From assembly GCA_025361885.1 (NCBI GenBank), contig JANYJF010000009.1:3696-67695 (forward strand): a stretch of DNA of 64,000 nucleotides, given 5' to 3'. A program made the translations under genes and the position numbers. Positions 9,008 to 18,916 of this stretch are shown one piece after another. The notes beneath the pieces are model-generated. The model searched no databases. It saw only the letters and a program-made list of their open reading frames with translations, and was not told where the DNA came from. The DNA comes from Coriobacteriia bacterium (GTDB lineage Bacteria; Actinomycetota; Coriobacteriia; Anaerosomatales; PALSA-660). How positions within the stretch are numbered: position 1 is the first letter of the stretch; each line of letters starts with the position of its first letter.

Positions 9008-9520
9008 TCAGCGGTCCCGCCCGCGCGCCCACCGGGCCAACGCATCGCGGACGGCGGGGTCTATCCGCTCGTCGACGCGAGAACGAGGGCTGCCCGCAGG
9101 GGTGTGCTCCAGCCACTCACGCGATCCCGGGCGCACCTCTCGGACGAATTGCGCCGATGACATGCGGGTCACGCGTCCGCCCATCGCCACCCACTGGGTC
9201 GCGGCGTCGGAGGTGACGACGACGGCCTCCTGGCCCGCCTCGCGGGCTGTGCGGGCCAGCCCCTCGATGACGGCGTCGGCGTCCGCACCCGCGGGCGAGA
9301 AACAGACCTCTATGCCGCCGATGTCGTGGGAGACTCCGTCGGATGCGGGATTCCCCCCGCCGTCGAACACCACAGTGGCGGACGCGCCCTCCGCGGCCGA
9401 CCACGCGGAGATGTCGGAGACGAGGCGCGCGCGAGCAGCGTCCAGGTCGCGGCCGGCGAGCGCCGAGTAGCGATCGTCGGTATGGATGACGTTGTAGCCG
9501 TCGACGATCACGCGGCGCAC
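9008..9520 (-). CDS. yacP: NYN-domain protein, YacP/Rae1-like ribonuclease
   Basis: RRVIVDGYNVIH...VVFDGGG...VCFSP...ADAVIE...VVVTSD matches the YacP-like NYN pattern. Preferred start is GTG 9518-9520, 6 nt after the rlmB TGA. The track ORF start at 9583 would overlap rlmB by 56 nt. Confidence 0.75.
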   Translation of the reverse strand: MRRVIVDGYNVIHTDDRYSALAGRDLDAARARLVSDISAWSAAEGASATVVFDGGGNPASDGVSHDIGGIEVCFSPAGADADAVIEGLARTAREAGQEAVVVTSDAATQWVAMGGRVTRMSSAQFVREVRPGSREWLEHTPAGSPRSRVDERIDPAVRDALARWARGRDR

Positions 9521-9527
9521 TCGGCCG

Positions 9528-10256
9528 TCACCGTCCCCGCCGCACCCATTCGAACGCCAGGACGGCCGCGGCGGCGGATACATTGAGAGACCCGACCGGG
9601 CCGGTGACCGGGAGGCTCACCAGGAAGTCGCACTGCCTTTGCGTGAGCCGGGCGAGGCCTTCGCCCTCGGAACCCATCACGAGAACGAGACGGCCCTCCA
9701 TGGGGGCGTCCCATACGGACTGCTCCGCGTGCTCGCTGGCGCCAGCTATCCAGTAGCCGGCGGCCTTGCACGTCTCGAGCGTCTGCACCAAGTTGGACTC
9801 CCGGGCGACCGGGATGTGCTCGGCCGCGCCGGCGGCGGCCTTGTACGCGTGGGCCGTCATGGCGGCGGAGCGGTGCTTGGTGGTGATGATACCGTCGGCG
9901 CCGGCCACGTCCGCGGTGCGCATGATGGCGCCGAGGTTGCCGGGGTCGGTGACCTGGTCCAGCGCGATCAGCAGGCTCCGGTCGTGAACGGCAGTGGCAT
10001 CCAGGATCCGCTGGATCGGCGTGTACACGAATGGCTCGACCAGCGCCACGACGCCCTGGTGGGCGCCGTGCTCGCTGTCGCGGTCGAGCTCGCGACGGGA
10101 CACCGTCTCGACCGGCACCTTCGCAGCCGTGGCAGCCGTGACCACATCGGCGATCCCAGCCGGCTTGGCGCCGTCCGCGAGCAGCACCTTGTGCACGCGG
10201 CGCCCGGAGCGGAGCGCTTCCAGCACCGCGTTGCGACCCTCGAGTCGCTCGGCCAC
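9528..10256 (-). CDS. rlmB: 23S rRNA 2'-O-methyltransferase, SpoU/TrmH family (RlmB/YacO-like)
   Basis: 242 aa. N-terminal L30e-like substrate-binding domain (LEGRNAVLEALRSG) and SpoU MTase motifs (LDQVTDPGNLGAIMRTA, LVMGSEGEGL, IPxxGxxxSLNVS). Lies between cysS and yacP as in Bacillus. Confidence 0.88.
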   Translation of the reverse strand: MAERLEGRNAVLEALRSGRRVHKVLLADGAKPAGIADVVTAATAAKVPVETVSRRELDRDSEHGAHQGVVALVEPFVYTPIQRILDATAVHDRSLLIALDQVTDPGNLGAIMRTADVAGADGIITTKHRSAAMTAHAYKAAAGAAEHIPVARESNLVQTLETCKAAGYWIAGASEHAEQSVWDAPMEGRLVLVMGSEGEGLARLTQRQCDFLVSLPVTGPVGSLNVSAAAAVLAFEWVRRGR

Positions 10257-10261
10257 GTCGC

Positions 10262-11764
10262 CTACTCCCCTGACCGGAAGACGACCCGGGCGCCCCGCGC
10301 GGTGTCTTCGATGGTCAGGCCGACCCGCGCCAGTCCGTCGCGGATGATGTCGGCCGCCTGCCAGTTGCGCTCGGCCCTGGCGGCGGAGCGCGCCGCGAGC
10401 AGTGCGTCGACGGCCGCCTCAGCATCGACACCGGCGTAGCCGGCCATGTCGGCCGCGAGCTCCAGGACCTCGGGCGGGTAGGAGGCACGCTCGTCGGAGG
10501 TCGTGGGCAACGTCACCCCGAGCACCGAGAGCAGTTCGGAGAGTGTGCGAGCGGTGCGGTCGAGGGTCGCCATGTCCTCGGACGACAGACCGGCGTTGTG
10601 CGCGGCGATGAACGCGTTCGCCGTGCGGGACAGGTCGAAGACCGCGGCGAGCGCGCCGGCTGTGTTGAAGTCGTCGTCCATGTCTGTGTCGAACTTCGCG
10701 ACGGCCTCGTCGGTGGTGGCGGCCAGCGCTTCGCGCTCAGCAGTCGAGGCCCCCTCGCCCGAAGGACCGTTGGACTGGGCCCACCTGATCTCGCGGACGG
10801 CGTTCGCGAGCCGCTCGTACGCGGTGGCGGCCTCGTCCAAGCGCGAGTCGGAGAAGTCGAGGGGACTGCGGTAGTGGGTCTGCAGCATGAGCAGGCGCAA
10901 CACGGGCGCGGGGTAGCGGCCCAGCACGTCCTTGAGCAAGGTGAAGTTCCCGAGGGACTTCGACATCTTCTCGGCATTGATGTTGAGCATGCCGCCGTGG
11001 AGCCAGTAGTTGGCGAAGATCTTGCCCGTGGCGGCCTCGGACTGGGCGATCTCGTTCTCGTGGTGCGGGAAGATGAGATCGCTGCCGCCGCCGTGGATGT
11101 CGAACGGGAGGCCAAGCTCCTTCTCCGACATCGCGGAGCATTCGATGTGCCACCCGGGGCGTCCCTCGCCCCATGGAGAGGGCCAGTGCGGCTCGCCTGG
11201 CTTCGCGGACTTCCACAGCGCGAAGTCAAGGGGGTCCGTCTTACGCTCGTCCACATCCACGCGGGCTCCTGAGAGCAGGTCGTCGATATCGCGTCCGGAG
11301 AGTTTCCCGTACCCGGGGTGACTGCGGACGGAGAAGTACACGTCCCCGTCGACGACGTAGGCGTGTTCCGAGTCGATGAGGCGCTCGACCATCCGGATCA
11401 TGTCGGGGATCGTCTCGGTCGCACGGGGCGCGATGGTGGCCGGCTTGACGCCCAGGTCGTGCATCGCCTTCAGGAACGCGTCGGAGTACTCGCGCGCGAC
11501 GTCGGCCGCGCTGACGCCTTCCACCGCCGCCTGCTTGATGATCTTGTCGTCCACGTCCGTGATGTTCTGCACGAACGTGACGTCGAACCCGCGGCGCTCC
11601 AGATAGCGGCGCATCACGTCGAACGACAGGAACGTTCGGGCGTTCCCGATGTGGATATGGTTGTAGACGGTCGGGCCGCAGACGTACATCGCGACCTTGC
11701 CCGGCTCGCGCGGCTCGAAGATCTCCTTGCGGCGGGACATGGTGTTGTACAGGGTGACGGGCAT
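10262..11764 (-). CDS. cysS: Cysteine--tRNA ligase
   Basis: 500 aa. MYVCGPTVYNHIHIGNAR (HIGH) and KMSKSLGN (KMSKS) motifs. Confidence 0.97.
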   Translation of the reverse strand: MPVTLYNTMSRRKEIFEPREPGKVAMYVCGPTVYNHIHIGNARTFLSFDVMRRYLERRGFDVTFVQNITDVDDKIIKQAAVEGVSAADVAREYSDAFLKAMHDLGVKPATIAPRATETIPDMIRMVERLIDSEHAYVVDGDVYFSVRSHPGYGKLSGRDIDDLLSGARVDVDERKTDPLDFALWKSAKPGEPHWPSPWGEGRPGWHIECSAMSEKELGLPFDIHGGGSDLIFPHHENEIAQSEAATGKIFANYWLHGGMLNINAEKMSKSLGNFTLLKDVLGRYPAPVLRLLMLQTHYRSPLDFSDSRLDEAATAYERLANAVREIRWAQSNGPSGEGASTAEREALAATTDEAVAKFDTDMDDDFNTAGALAAVFDLSRTANAFIAAHNAGLSSEDMATLDRTARTLSELLSVLGVTLPTTSDERASYPPEVLELAADMAGYAGVDAEAAVDALLAARSAARAERNWQAADIIRDGLARVGLTIEDTARGARVVFRSGE

Positions 11765-11779
11765 GTCGCTTCGCGCTTT

Positions 11780-12532
11780 CTACTGGATGTCGCAGCTCTC
11801 GCCCACGGGGGCGTCAGCAGGCAGATCGGCGGCGCCCGTGGGGGCCGTTGACGGGGAGGCGGCGGGCACGGACTCGGTGCGCTGTCCACTGGCTCCCACC
11901 TCGTCCGCGGTGAGGCGAGCGTCGATGCGGTCGATGCGGTGCTGGATGCACTTGAACATCTCGACGACCGGGTCGGGAAGGTCCTCGTGATGCAGGTCCA
12001 CGACGTCCACGCGTGCACCCTCGCGCACGACTATGCGCCCGGGGACGCCGACCACAGTGCAGTTGGGCGGCACGTTGTTGACGACGACAGCCCCGCCGCC
12101 GACCTTCGAACCCCGCCCGACGGTGATGTTACCAAGAACGGTCGCCCCCACGCCGATGACGACGCAGTCCTCGATCGTTGGATGGCGCTTGCCGCGCTCC
12201 TTGCCCGTGCCGCCGAGTGTCACACCCTGGTAGATCGTCACGTTCTCGCCGATGACGGTGGTCTCGCCTATGACCACACCCATGCCGTGGTCGATGAACA
12301 GGCCCTCGCCTATCGTTGCCCCCGGATGGATCTCGATGCCCGTGCGGTGCCGGACCCACTGGCTGATCGAGCGCGCCAGGAACGTGTGGCCGCGTTCGTG
12401 CAGCCAGTGGGTCCGGCGTTGCCAGCGGATCGCCTTGAGCCCGGGATAGTTGAAGAATGCCGACAGCGACGAGGTCGCAGCCGGGTCACGGTCCTTGATA
12501 GCCTGCAGGTCCTGCTTGAGCCTTGCGAACAT
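11780..12532 (-). CDS. cysE: Serine O-acetyltransferase
   Basis: MFARLKQDLQAIKDRDPAA...GIEIHPGATIGEGLFIDHGMGVVIGETTVIG hexapeptide repeats. The C-terminal DLPDPVVEMFK segment also occurs in B. subtilis CysE. ATG 12532 preferred over upstream GTG 12544. Confidence 0.93.
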   Translation of the reverse strand: MFARLKQDLQAIKDRDPAATSSLSAFFNYPGLKAIRWQRRTHWLHERGHTFLARSISQWVRHRTGIEIHPGATIGEGLFIDHGMGVVIGETTVIGENVTIYQGVTLGGTGKERGKRHPTIEDCVVIGVGATVLGNITVGRGSKVGGGAVVVNNVPPNCTVVGVPGRIVVREGARVDVVDLHHEDLPDPVVEMFKCIQHRIDRIDARLTADEVGASGQRTESVPAASPSTAPTGAADLPADAPVGESCDIQ

Positions 12533-12583
12533 GGAGTTGCGCACGCCTTCCGGTCTGGGGCCGTGGGGATCTCTATCGTTTCA

Positions 12584-14035
12584 CTATTCGTTCCGCCCGT
12601 CGTCGCTGTCAATCGCGGCGAGCGAGGCCTCCGCCCTGGCGATGGAGCCACGCGGTCCGAGCAATGCGAGGAGCATGCCGATAGGGAGCCCGTGAGCCCT
12701 GCCCGTGAGCGCCGCACGCAGAGCCGGCAGGCCCACCTTCATCCCGACCCCCGTCGCCTTGATCGCGGACCGGACGGCCGCAGCCGACTCGTCTCCCCCA
12801 CGCGGGCCGGAGGCCGCGTCGATGAGTGCGGCGATCGCCGCTCGCAGGGCTGCGGGTGCGCCCGGCGCGGCCAGCGCGAGTCGGGCTTCGTCGTCGGTGG
12901 GCAGCGGAGCGGCGAGCGGCGCCGCAAGGATGGCGGCGTCGCCGGCGACTTCGACCTCCTCGGCCAGTGCGGCGACGACTTCCGAGCGATCGAGGACGTC
13001 TGGCAGCTCCCCGATGTGTCGCTCGACGATATCGCGGCGAGCTTGCGGGCAGAGTCGGTGCATGTGCTGCGCGTTGAACCAGCGCAGACGGCCTGGATCG
13101 TGCGACGTGGGCGAGCTCGAGATACGGGCGATGTCGAATGCGTCGGCGATCTCCCGCAGGCTCATCACGTCGCGGTGCTCGGGGTCCGACCAGCCGAGCA
13201 GGGCCAGATGGTTGACCACGGCCTCGGGCAGGTAGCCGGCGTCGCGCAGAGCGCCGACCGCCATCGCGCCTTCGGACTTCGACAACGGCGATCCGTCCGG
13301 CCCGAGAACCAGCGGGATATGGGCGAACCGAGGGACCGCCTGACCGAGGGCCTCGTGCAGCAGGATCTGACGGGGGGTGTTCGGCAGGTGATCGTCGCCG
13401 CGGATGACGGTCGTTATCCCCATGACGCCGTCGTCGGCGACGCAGGCCAGGTCGTAGACGGCCGAGCCGTCCGAACGAGCCACTACGAAATCCGAGATGG
13501 TGGCGCTCCGGAAGGTCACCTCACCGTGGACCAGATCGTGGACGACCACGTCGCCCGATCTGTCGACCGCGAACCTCCAGACGTGCGGCTCGCCGCTGAG
13601 GGCGCGTTCCTCGGACTCATCGGTGGCGATGGAACGACAGGCTCCGGAGTACATGGACGCGGTGCCCCGCTCGGCATGGCGCTCGCGCTGCCTGGCCAGC
13701 TGTGCCGGGGTGCAGAAGCACCGGTAGACCGTACCTGACGCCCTCAGCCGCTCGAGAGCCGTGGCGTAGACGTCCGCCCTCTCCGACTGCCGGTAGGGCG
13801 CGTGCGGGCCGCCCTGTCCGGGACCCTCGTCGGGCGCGATGCCGAGCCAGGCGAGGTCCTGGGCGATGGAGCTCTCACAGGCCGGGTCGCAGCGGTCGAG
13901 GTCCGTGTCCTCGATCCTGAGGATGAACTCTCCACCGGACCTCCATGCGACGAGCCGGTTGAACAGCGCCGTTCGCGCGCCGCCCAAGTGCAGGCCGCCG
14001 GTAGGGCTGGGCGAGAATCGGACCCGTTCCCGCAT
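12584..14035 (-). CDS. gltX: Glutamate--tRNA ligase
   Basis: 483 aa. RFSPSPTGGLHLGGART (HIGH-like) and PLSKSEG (KMSKS-like). Position upstream of cysE-cysS. Confidence 0.93.
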   Translation of the reverse strand: MRERVRFSPSPTGGLHLGGARTALFNRLVAWRSGGEFILRIEDTDLDRCDPACESSIAQDLAWLGIAPDEGPGQGGPHAPYRQSERADVYATALERLRASGTVYRCFCTPAQLARQRERHAERGTASMYSGACRSIATDESEERALSGEPHVWRFAVDRSGDVVVHDLVHGEVTFRSATISDFVVARSDGSAVYDLACVADDGVMGITTVIRGDDHLPNTPRQILLHEALGQAVPRFAHIPLVLGPDGSPLSKSEGAMAVGALRDAGYLPEAVVNHLALLGWSDPEHRDVMSLREIADAFDIARISSSPTSHDPGRLRWFNAQHMHRLCPQARRDIVERHIGELPDVLDRSEVVAALAEEVEVAGDAAILAAPLAAPLPTDDEARLALAAPGAPAALRAAIAALIDAASGPRGGDESAAAVRSAIKATGVGMKVGLPALRAALTGRAHGLPIGMLLALLGPRGSIARAEASLAAIDSDDGRNE

Positions 14036-14039
14036 CGCT

Positions 14040-14522
14040 CTACACCCGCTCGAGCAGGACGACGGCGGAAGCGGCGACGCCCTCTTCGCGCCCGGTGAGT
14101 CCCAAGCCCTCGGTCGTCGTGGCCTTGACTCCGACGCGGTCGGTATTCACGCCCAGCGCCTCCGCCATGGCCTGGCGCATCATCTCGCGGTGCGCGGAGA
14201 TGCGAGGGCGCTGCAGGACGAGCACCGTGTCGGCGTCCAGCAGCCGCCAGCCGCGCTCGGCCATCAGCCCCGCGACACGGCGGAGCAGCTCGATGCTCGA
14301 GATCCCGGCGTAGGCGGGGTCGGTGTCGGGAAAGTGCAGGCCGATGTCACCCTCCCGCATCGCGCCCAGGATCGCGTCCATGAGTGCATGGACCAGCACG
14401 TCGGCGTCGGAGTGGCCGGCGAGGCCTCGCTCGTGGGTGATGGTGATGCCACCGAGCACAAGAGCCCGACCTTCGGCGAAGGCATGTACGTCGTAACCGA
14501 GGCCGATCCTCACGTCCGGCAT
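14040..14522 (-). CDS. ispF: 2-C-methyl-D-erythritol 2,4-cyclodiphosphate synthase
   Basis: Internal ATG at 14520-14522 gives 160 aa: MPDVRIGLGYDVHAFAEGRALVLGGITITHERGLAGHSDADVLVHALMDAILGA..., a classic IspF. The upstream part of the 321-aa track ORF overlaps ispD and is rejected. Confidence 0.95.
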   Translation of the reverse strand: MPDVRIGLGYDVHAFAEGRALVLGGITITHERGLAGHSDADVLVHALMDAILGAMREGDIGLHFPDTDPAYAGISSIELLRRVAGLMAERGWRLLDADTVLVLQRPRISAHREMMRQAMAEALGVNTDRVGVKATTTEGLGLTGREEGVAASAVVLLERV

Positions 14523-14526
14523 CACA

Positions 14527-15228
14527 TCACTCACCTTCCCGGGTCGCGAGCAGCGCGCTCGCGAACATGAGATCCTCGGGGACCGTGACCTTGATATTGT
14601 GCCGCGGGCCCTCGACCATCCGCACCACACCGCCGGCCCGCTCCACGAGGCTCGCGTCGTCGGTACCAGTGAAGCCGGATGCCGCGGCTGCCTCGTGAGC
14701 GCGACGCAACACCCGCGCGAGGAAGACCTGCGGAGTCTGCGCGACCCAAAGGCTCGCCCGGTCCGGCGTACCGGTGACAGTCCCGTCCACGTCGACGGAC
14801 TTGAGCGTGTCGACCGCCGGATGGCCCACGACCACGCCCTCCGCGGGGCCGCCACAGAGCAGTGCGGCGATCGCCTGGCTGAAGATGGTGGGTGTGACCA
14901 GCGGGCGGGCGCCGTCGTGGACCACGATGATCGTCGCGTCCTCGCGCACCCTCTCAAGACCTGCCGCGACGGATCCCTGACGGGTGTCCCTCCCCGGCAC
15001 GACACGCGAGACCTTGGTCAGCCCGAGCCCGACCACGACGTCGGCACTGAACTCTTCTACGCGGTCCGGATGGCACACCAGGACGATCTCGTCGACCTCC
15101 TCGCACTTCTCGAGCGCCAGCATCGAGTGACCGACGAGCGGGATGCCGGCGAGGGTGGCGAGCTGCTTGCCCTCGCCCCCGCCGAACCGCGAACCCGAGC
15201 CCGACGCCACGACGATCGCCGAGATCAT
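14527..15228 (-). CDS. ispD: 2-C-methyl-D-erythritol 4-phosphate cytidylyltransferase
   Basis: 233 aa. MISAIVVASGSGSRFGG..KQLATLAG P-loop-like IspD N-terminus. ATGA overlap with the upstream PIN/TRAM gene. Confidence 0.93.
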   Translation of the reverse strand: MISAIVVASGSGSRFGGGEGKQLATLAGIPLVGHSMLALEKCEEVDEIVLVCHPDRVEEFSADVVVGLGLTKVSRVVPGRDTRQGSVAAGLERVREDATIIVVHDGARPLVTPTIFSQAIAALLCGGPAEGVVVGHPAVDTLKSVDVDGTVTGTPDRASLWVAQTPQVFLARVLRRAHEAAAASGFTGTDDASLVERAGGVVRMVEGPRHNIKVTVPEDLMFASALLATREGE

Positions 15229-16283
15229 GCGCCGGCCCGCAGCTTGGAGAACACCATGCGTCCTGCAGAGGTCTGCAGGACCGAGGTCACCACGACGTCC
15301 GCTTCAGCACCGACTCTCTCGCGTCCGCCCTGAACGACCACCATCGTCCCGTCCTCAAGGTAGCCGACACCCTGGTCGGCCTCCTTGCCGTCGCGCGAGA
15401 TGTCGATGTGGATGACCTCGCCCGGCAGATGACTGGGACGCAGCGCGGCGGCCAACTCGTTGATGTTGAGAACGGTCACTCCCTGCACCCGCGCGACCTG
15501 GGTCAGGTTGTAGTCGGTCGTGACGATGGTGGCGCCAAGATCGGCGGCCAGACGCACGAGCTTACCATCGACATCCGGGACCTCGGGGTGGTCCGCCTCG
15601 AATACCTCGACCCCGCGGCTGCTCCCCTGGAGCGTGGCGAGGAGGTCGAGGCCGCGGCGCCCACGCGCCCGCTTGCCGTCATCGGCGGAGTCCGAAAGGG
15701 TCTGGAGCTCGGCCAGCACGAATCGCGGAAGGCGGAGCGTCCCTTCAAGGAATCCGGCGCGCGCCATCTCGGCAAAGCGGCCGTCGATGACCGTGCTCGT
15801 GTCGAGCAGTTTGAACGCCGACGTCGGCCCGCCCGGGAGCCGTGCGGTCGCGCGCCCACGCGTGAACAGGCGGCCGAAATCGGGTGCTTTGACATGCGCG
15901 ATCTTGACGCCGAGGTAGACGCACACGACGTAGACCGCGACGGTCGCCCAGAACGCGAGCACGTCGGGCTTGATGAGGCGCAGCGGTGTGCTGACGAGCA
16001 CGGCGAAGATAAGCCCGACGATCATGCCGACCGTGATGGCCGTCAGGTCGGGGGTGGCGAGGCCGCGGATGTACGACTCGAGCATGTCGTAGCCTCGCTG
16101 CAGCTCGCGACCGATGATCCCGCCGACGATGAACCCCACCGCGCAACCCAGTATGACGAAGAGGATGATGACGAAGTATTCCGGGTAACCGATGGTGCTC
16201 GTCCAGTCGACCAGGTTCTTTGCCGCAAGCCCAGCGAGAGCGCCCGCCGTCGCGAACATGAAACGGGTGAGCTGGGTGATCAT
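15225..16283 (-). CDS. yacL: Membrane-anchored PIN + TRAM domain protein (YacL-like)
   Basis: 352 aa. About 4 N-terminal TM helices, a PIN-like core (LDTSTVIDGRFAEMARAGFLEG.L.LPRFVLAELQ) and a C-terminal TRAM-like beta domain. Same position as B. subtilis yacL. Confidence 0.82.
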   Translation of the reverse strand: MITQLTRFMFATAGALAGLAAKNLVDWTSTIGYPEYFVIILFVILGCAVGFIVGGIIGRELQRGYDMLESYIRGLATPDLTAITVGMIVGLIFAVLVSTPLRLIKPDVLAFWATVAVYVVCVYLGVKIAHVKAPDFGRLFTRGRATARLPGGPTSAFKLLDTSTVIDGRFAEMARAGFLEGTLRLPRFVLAELQTLSDSADDGKRARGRRGLDLLATLQGSSRGVEVFEADHPEVPDVDGKLVRLAADLGATIVTTDYNLTQVARVQGVTVLNINELAAALRPSHLPGEVIHIDISRDGKEADQGVGYLEDGTMVVVQGGRERVGAEADVVVTSVLQTSAGRMVFSKLRAGA

Positions 16284-16425
16284 GGCTTGTCGACGCTGGT
16301 GTTGGCAGCCACCGAGCGGCTGCCGGCGCCGTCACCTCCTCCACGACGGATGACTGATGGCGGGGACACCGCCAACCCTCTCGCGGTGTCCGGATGAATG
16401 GCTTTCAGTGTACCACGCGGGCCCC

Positions 16426-17484
16426 TCATCTAACCCTGTCGCGGAGCCTCCGCAGGCCGTCATGGACGGCCTTCGCGCGCCTCGGACCGACTCCGTCGAC
16501 GTCGTCGAGGGCGGCGATGTCGGCGGCCATCAGGGCAGGAAGCGACCGGAACCTCTCGACGATACGCCCGATCACCGCAGCAGGGAGTCCCGGCACGCGC
16601 CGCAGGATGCGATAGCCGCGCGGCACGACATGGCGCTCCAGTACGTCCGGCGAGCTGGGATGCCCCAAGACGTGGGCCAATGCGACCGTGCCGACGAGCT
16701 GATCGTCGCCCATGGCGCCCACGACCGCCCGCGTGGCCGCCGCGGCCCTGGCCGACGGGTCGGTCGAATAGTCTCTGAGCAACATCGCGAACTCGTCTTC
16801 GATGAACGCCGTGAGTTCATCGGCCTGCATGCGGACGAGTCGACCCTCGCTCCCTAGCTGGTTGATGTAGCGCGAGACCTCGGCCGCGACACGGGTGACC
16901 ATGGAGGCGCGCACGATGACTCCCGTGACGACGGCCAGGGTCGCAAGGTCCTCGAACTCCAGGAGGGTCAGCCGCATGGCGTCCGCGTCGAAGCGAGCGC
17001 GGTAGCGCTGGAGCGTCTGGAGCGCCTGGTCCGCGCGTGCCAGGAGCACGCGTATGTCATCGAGTGCGCGGCGCTCGTCGCGCAGATAGAGGGTGACGAT
17101 GTCGCGTCGCTGCGACACCGAGATCACAAGGACGCCCGTCTGACGGGCGACTCGCTCTGCAGTGCGATGCCGCATCCCTGTCTCGGAGGCCGGCAAGCGT
17201 GCGTCCGGCTGCAGGTGGACGTTCGCGCGAAGGATGGTCCGGGCGTTCGCGTCCAGCACTATCGCGCCGTCCATCTTCGCGAGCTCGAACAGACGCTGGG
17301 GAGTGAACGGCGTCTCGAGAAGGAAGCCGCCGTCGCACAGGGCGGCGACCCTGTCTCGCTCGCCCACGACGATCAGACCGCCGGTCTTGCCCGCGACGAT
17401 GGAGTCCAGCCCCTCGCGCAGCTCCGTGCCAGGTGCGACGCGCGCGAGCGCCTCGGCCATGCTCTCGGGCTTCTTCGGGTCCAT
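16426..17484 (-). CDS. disA: DNA integrity scanning protein DisA (diadenylate cyclase)
   Basis: 352 aa. DAC domain motifs (GGLIVVG, DGAIVLD, GMRHRTAERVARQTG), linker and C-terminal HhH (VPGLPAAVIGRIVERF). Follows radA. Confidence 0.95.
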   Translation of the reverse strand: MDPKKPESMAEALARVAPGTELREGLDSIVAGKTGGLIVVGERDRVAALCDGGFLLETPFTPQRLFELAKMDGAIVLDANARTILRANVHLQPDARLPASETGMRHRTAERVARQTGVLVISVSQRRDIVTLYLRDERRALDDIRVLLARADQALQTLQRYRARFDADAMRLTLLEFEDLATLAVVTGVIVRASMVTRVAAEVSRYINQLGSEGRLVRMQADELTAFIEDEFAMLLRDYSTDPSARAAAATRAVVGAMGDDQLVGTVALAHVLGHPSSPDVLERHVVPRGYRILRRVPGLPAAVIGRIVERFRSLPALMAADIAALDDVDGVGPRRAKAVHDGLRRLRDRVR

Positions 17485-17522
17485 CCGGCTCCCTCTTTTC
17501 GCTGTGCTTGCCCATCGCGCAC

Positions 17523-18911
17523 TCAGCGCCGGGAAGGCTCCCGGCGTCCGTCCAGTAGGGCCACTGCCTCGCGCACCGTCGACACCCGGCTGATCCGCAG
17601 GCCGTCGGGCGCATGCGCGGCCCCGGCTCCCGACGAAGAAGCGGCGGTGACCGCGTGCGCCAATCCCAACCGCGAGATCTCCGCGAGGCGCGCCGGTCCG
17701 TGCGCTACCGGGCGGAGCTCTCCGGCAAGCCCGACCTCACCGAACGCCGCGAGGCCCTCCGGGACCGGCGCGTCCGAGCGAGCGGAAGCCAGAGCCAGGG
17801 CCAGGGCCAGATCGACGGCCGGCTCCGCGACGCGAACGCCGCCTGCGACCGAGACGTACACGTCGTGCTGGCCGAAGGTGAGTCCAGCGCGTCGTTCGAG
17901 GACCGCCAACACCTGGAGCAGTCGCGGCGTGTCGATGCCGGTGGCGAGCCGGCGCGGCATCTGCAGATAGGTCGGGCTGACGAGCGCCTGTATCTCGACG
18001 AGCAGCGGTCGAGAGCCTTCCATGGTTGCCATCACAACGGATCCGGACACGTCCTTCGGGCGTTGCGCGAGCAAAGCCGCGGACGGGTTATCCACACCCA
18101 CGAGCCCCTCTTCGCGCATCTCGAACACGCCGATCTCACTGACGGAGCCGAACCGGTTCTTGACCGCGCGAACTATGCGGAACGCGTGCTCGGTGTCGCC
18201 CTCGAAGTACAGGACGGTGTCGACCAGGTGCTCGAGCACGCGAGGCCCGGCGATCGCGCCCTCCTTGGTGACATGGCCGACGATGAGGGTTGTGATGCCG
18301 TGGTCCTTGGCCAGACGCATCAGGCGCGCGGTGCACGCCCTGACCTGACCGACACTGCCGGCCACGCCGGCTGAGTCCGGATCCTGCATGGTCTGGATCG
18401 AGTCGATGACGAGCAGGCCCGGCCTCTCGGCCAGGGCCGTTGCTTCGATGGCGGCGATGTCGGTCTCCGGCAGCAGCGCCATCGGACCGTGAGCGCCCAG
18501 GCGATCCGCACGCATCTTGATCTGCGACGGAGACTCCTCGCCGGAGACGTACAGGACACTGGTGCCTTTGCGGGAGACGGCGTCCGCGACTTGGAGCAGC
18601 AGTGTGGACTTGCCGATGCCCGGCTCCCCGCCGAGCAGCACCAGCGAGCCCTTCACGAGTCCGCCACCCAGCACCCGGTCGAACTCGGCGATGCCCGAGA
18701 CGGCACGTTTGTCGGCGATGCTGACGACCTCGGACAACAGTATCGGGCGCGAAGCGGGGGTGTCGCGCCCCGTCGACGCAGGTACGACACGCTCGACCTC
18801 TTCGAGGAACGTGCCGTACTCGCCGCAATCAGGACAGCGGCCCAGCCACTTTGGAGCGGTGTGTCCGCATTGGCGGCAACGCCAGACGGTTCGCGACTTC
18901 GCCCCCGCCAT
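17523..18911 (-). CDS. radA: DNA repair protein RadA/Sms
   Basis: 462 aa. N-terminal zinc finger (CRQCGHTAPKWLGRCPDCG), Walker A (GGEPGIGKST), KNRFG motif and Lon-like C-domain. Confidence 0.97.
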   Translation of the reverse strand: MAGAKSRTVWRCRQCGHTAPKWLGRCPDCGEYGTFLEEVERVVPASTGRDTPASRPILLSEVVSIADKRAVSGIAEFDRVLGGGLVKGSLVLLGGEPGIGKSTLLLQVADAVSRKGTSVLYVSGEESPSQIKMRADRLGAHGPMALLPETDIAAIEATALAERPGLLVIDSIQTMQDPDSAGVAGSVGQVRACTARLMRLAKDHGITTLIVGHVTKEGAIAGPRVLEHLVDTVLYFEGDTEHAFRIVRAVKNRFGSVSEIGVFEMREEGLVGVDNPSAALLAQRPKDVSGSVVMATMEGSRPLLVEIQALVSPTYLQMPRRLATGIDTPRLLQVLAVLERRAGLTFGQHDVYVSVAGGVRVAEPAVDLALALALASARSDAPVPEGLAAFGEVGLAGELRPVAHGPARLAEISRLGLAHAVTAASSSGAGAAHAPDGLRISRVSTVREAVALLDGRREPSRR

Positions 18912-18916
18912 ATCTT

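Noticed and set aside
12533-12583. Looked for T-box leaders or other riboswitches upstream of gltX, cysE, cysS and lysS, as found in Bacillus.
   Set aside because: The intergenic spaces are only 4-50 nt. That is far too short for a T-box or riboswitch, so these genes appear to be co-transcribed with their neighbours.
11939-13738. Very long antisense or alternative-frame ORFs. Examples are 11939-13738 (+, 599 aa), 43661-45559 (+, 632 aa), 61616-63289 (+, 557 aa), 642-1772 (+), 2738-3784 (+), 36006-37514 (+) and 55440-56612 (+).
   Set aside because: - They lie opposite or out of frame to genes with unmistakable homology (gltX, NlpC/P60, the cytochromes, rplK/nusG, tuf, PBP1A).
- Their products are Arg/Gly/Asp/His-rich and low-complexity, with no motifs.
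- This is the expected stop-codon-poor artefact of GC-rich DNA.
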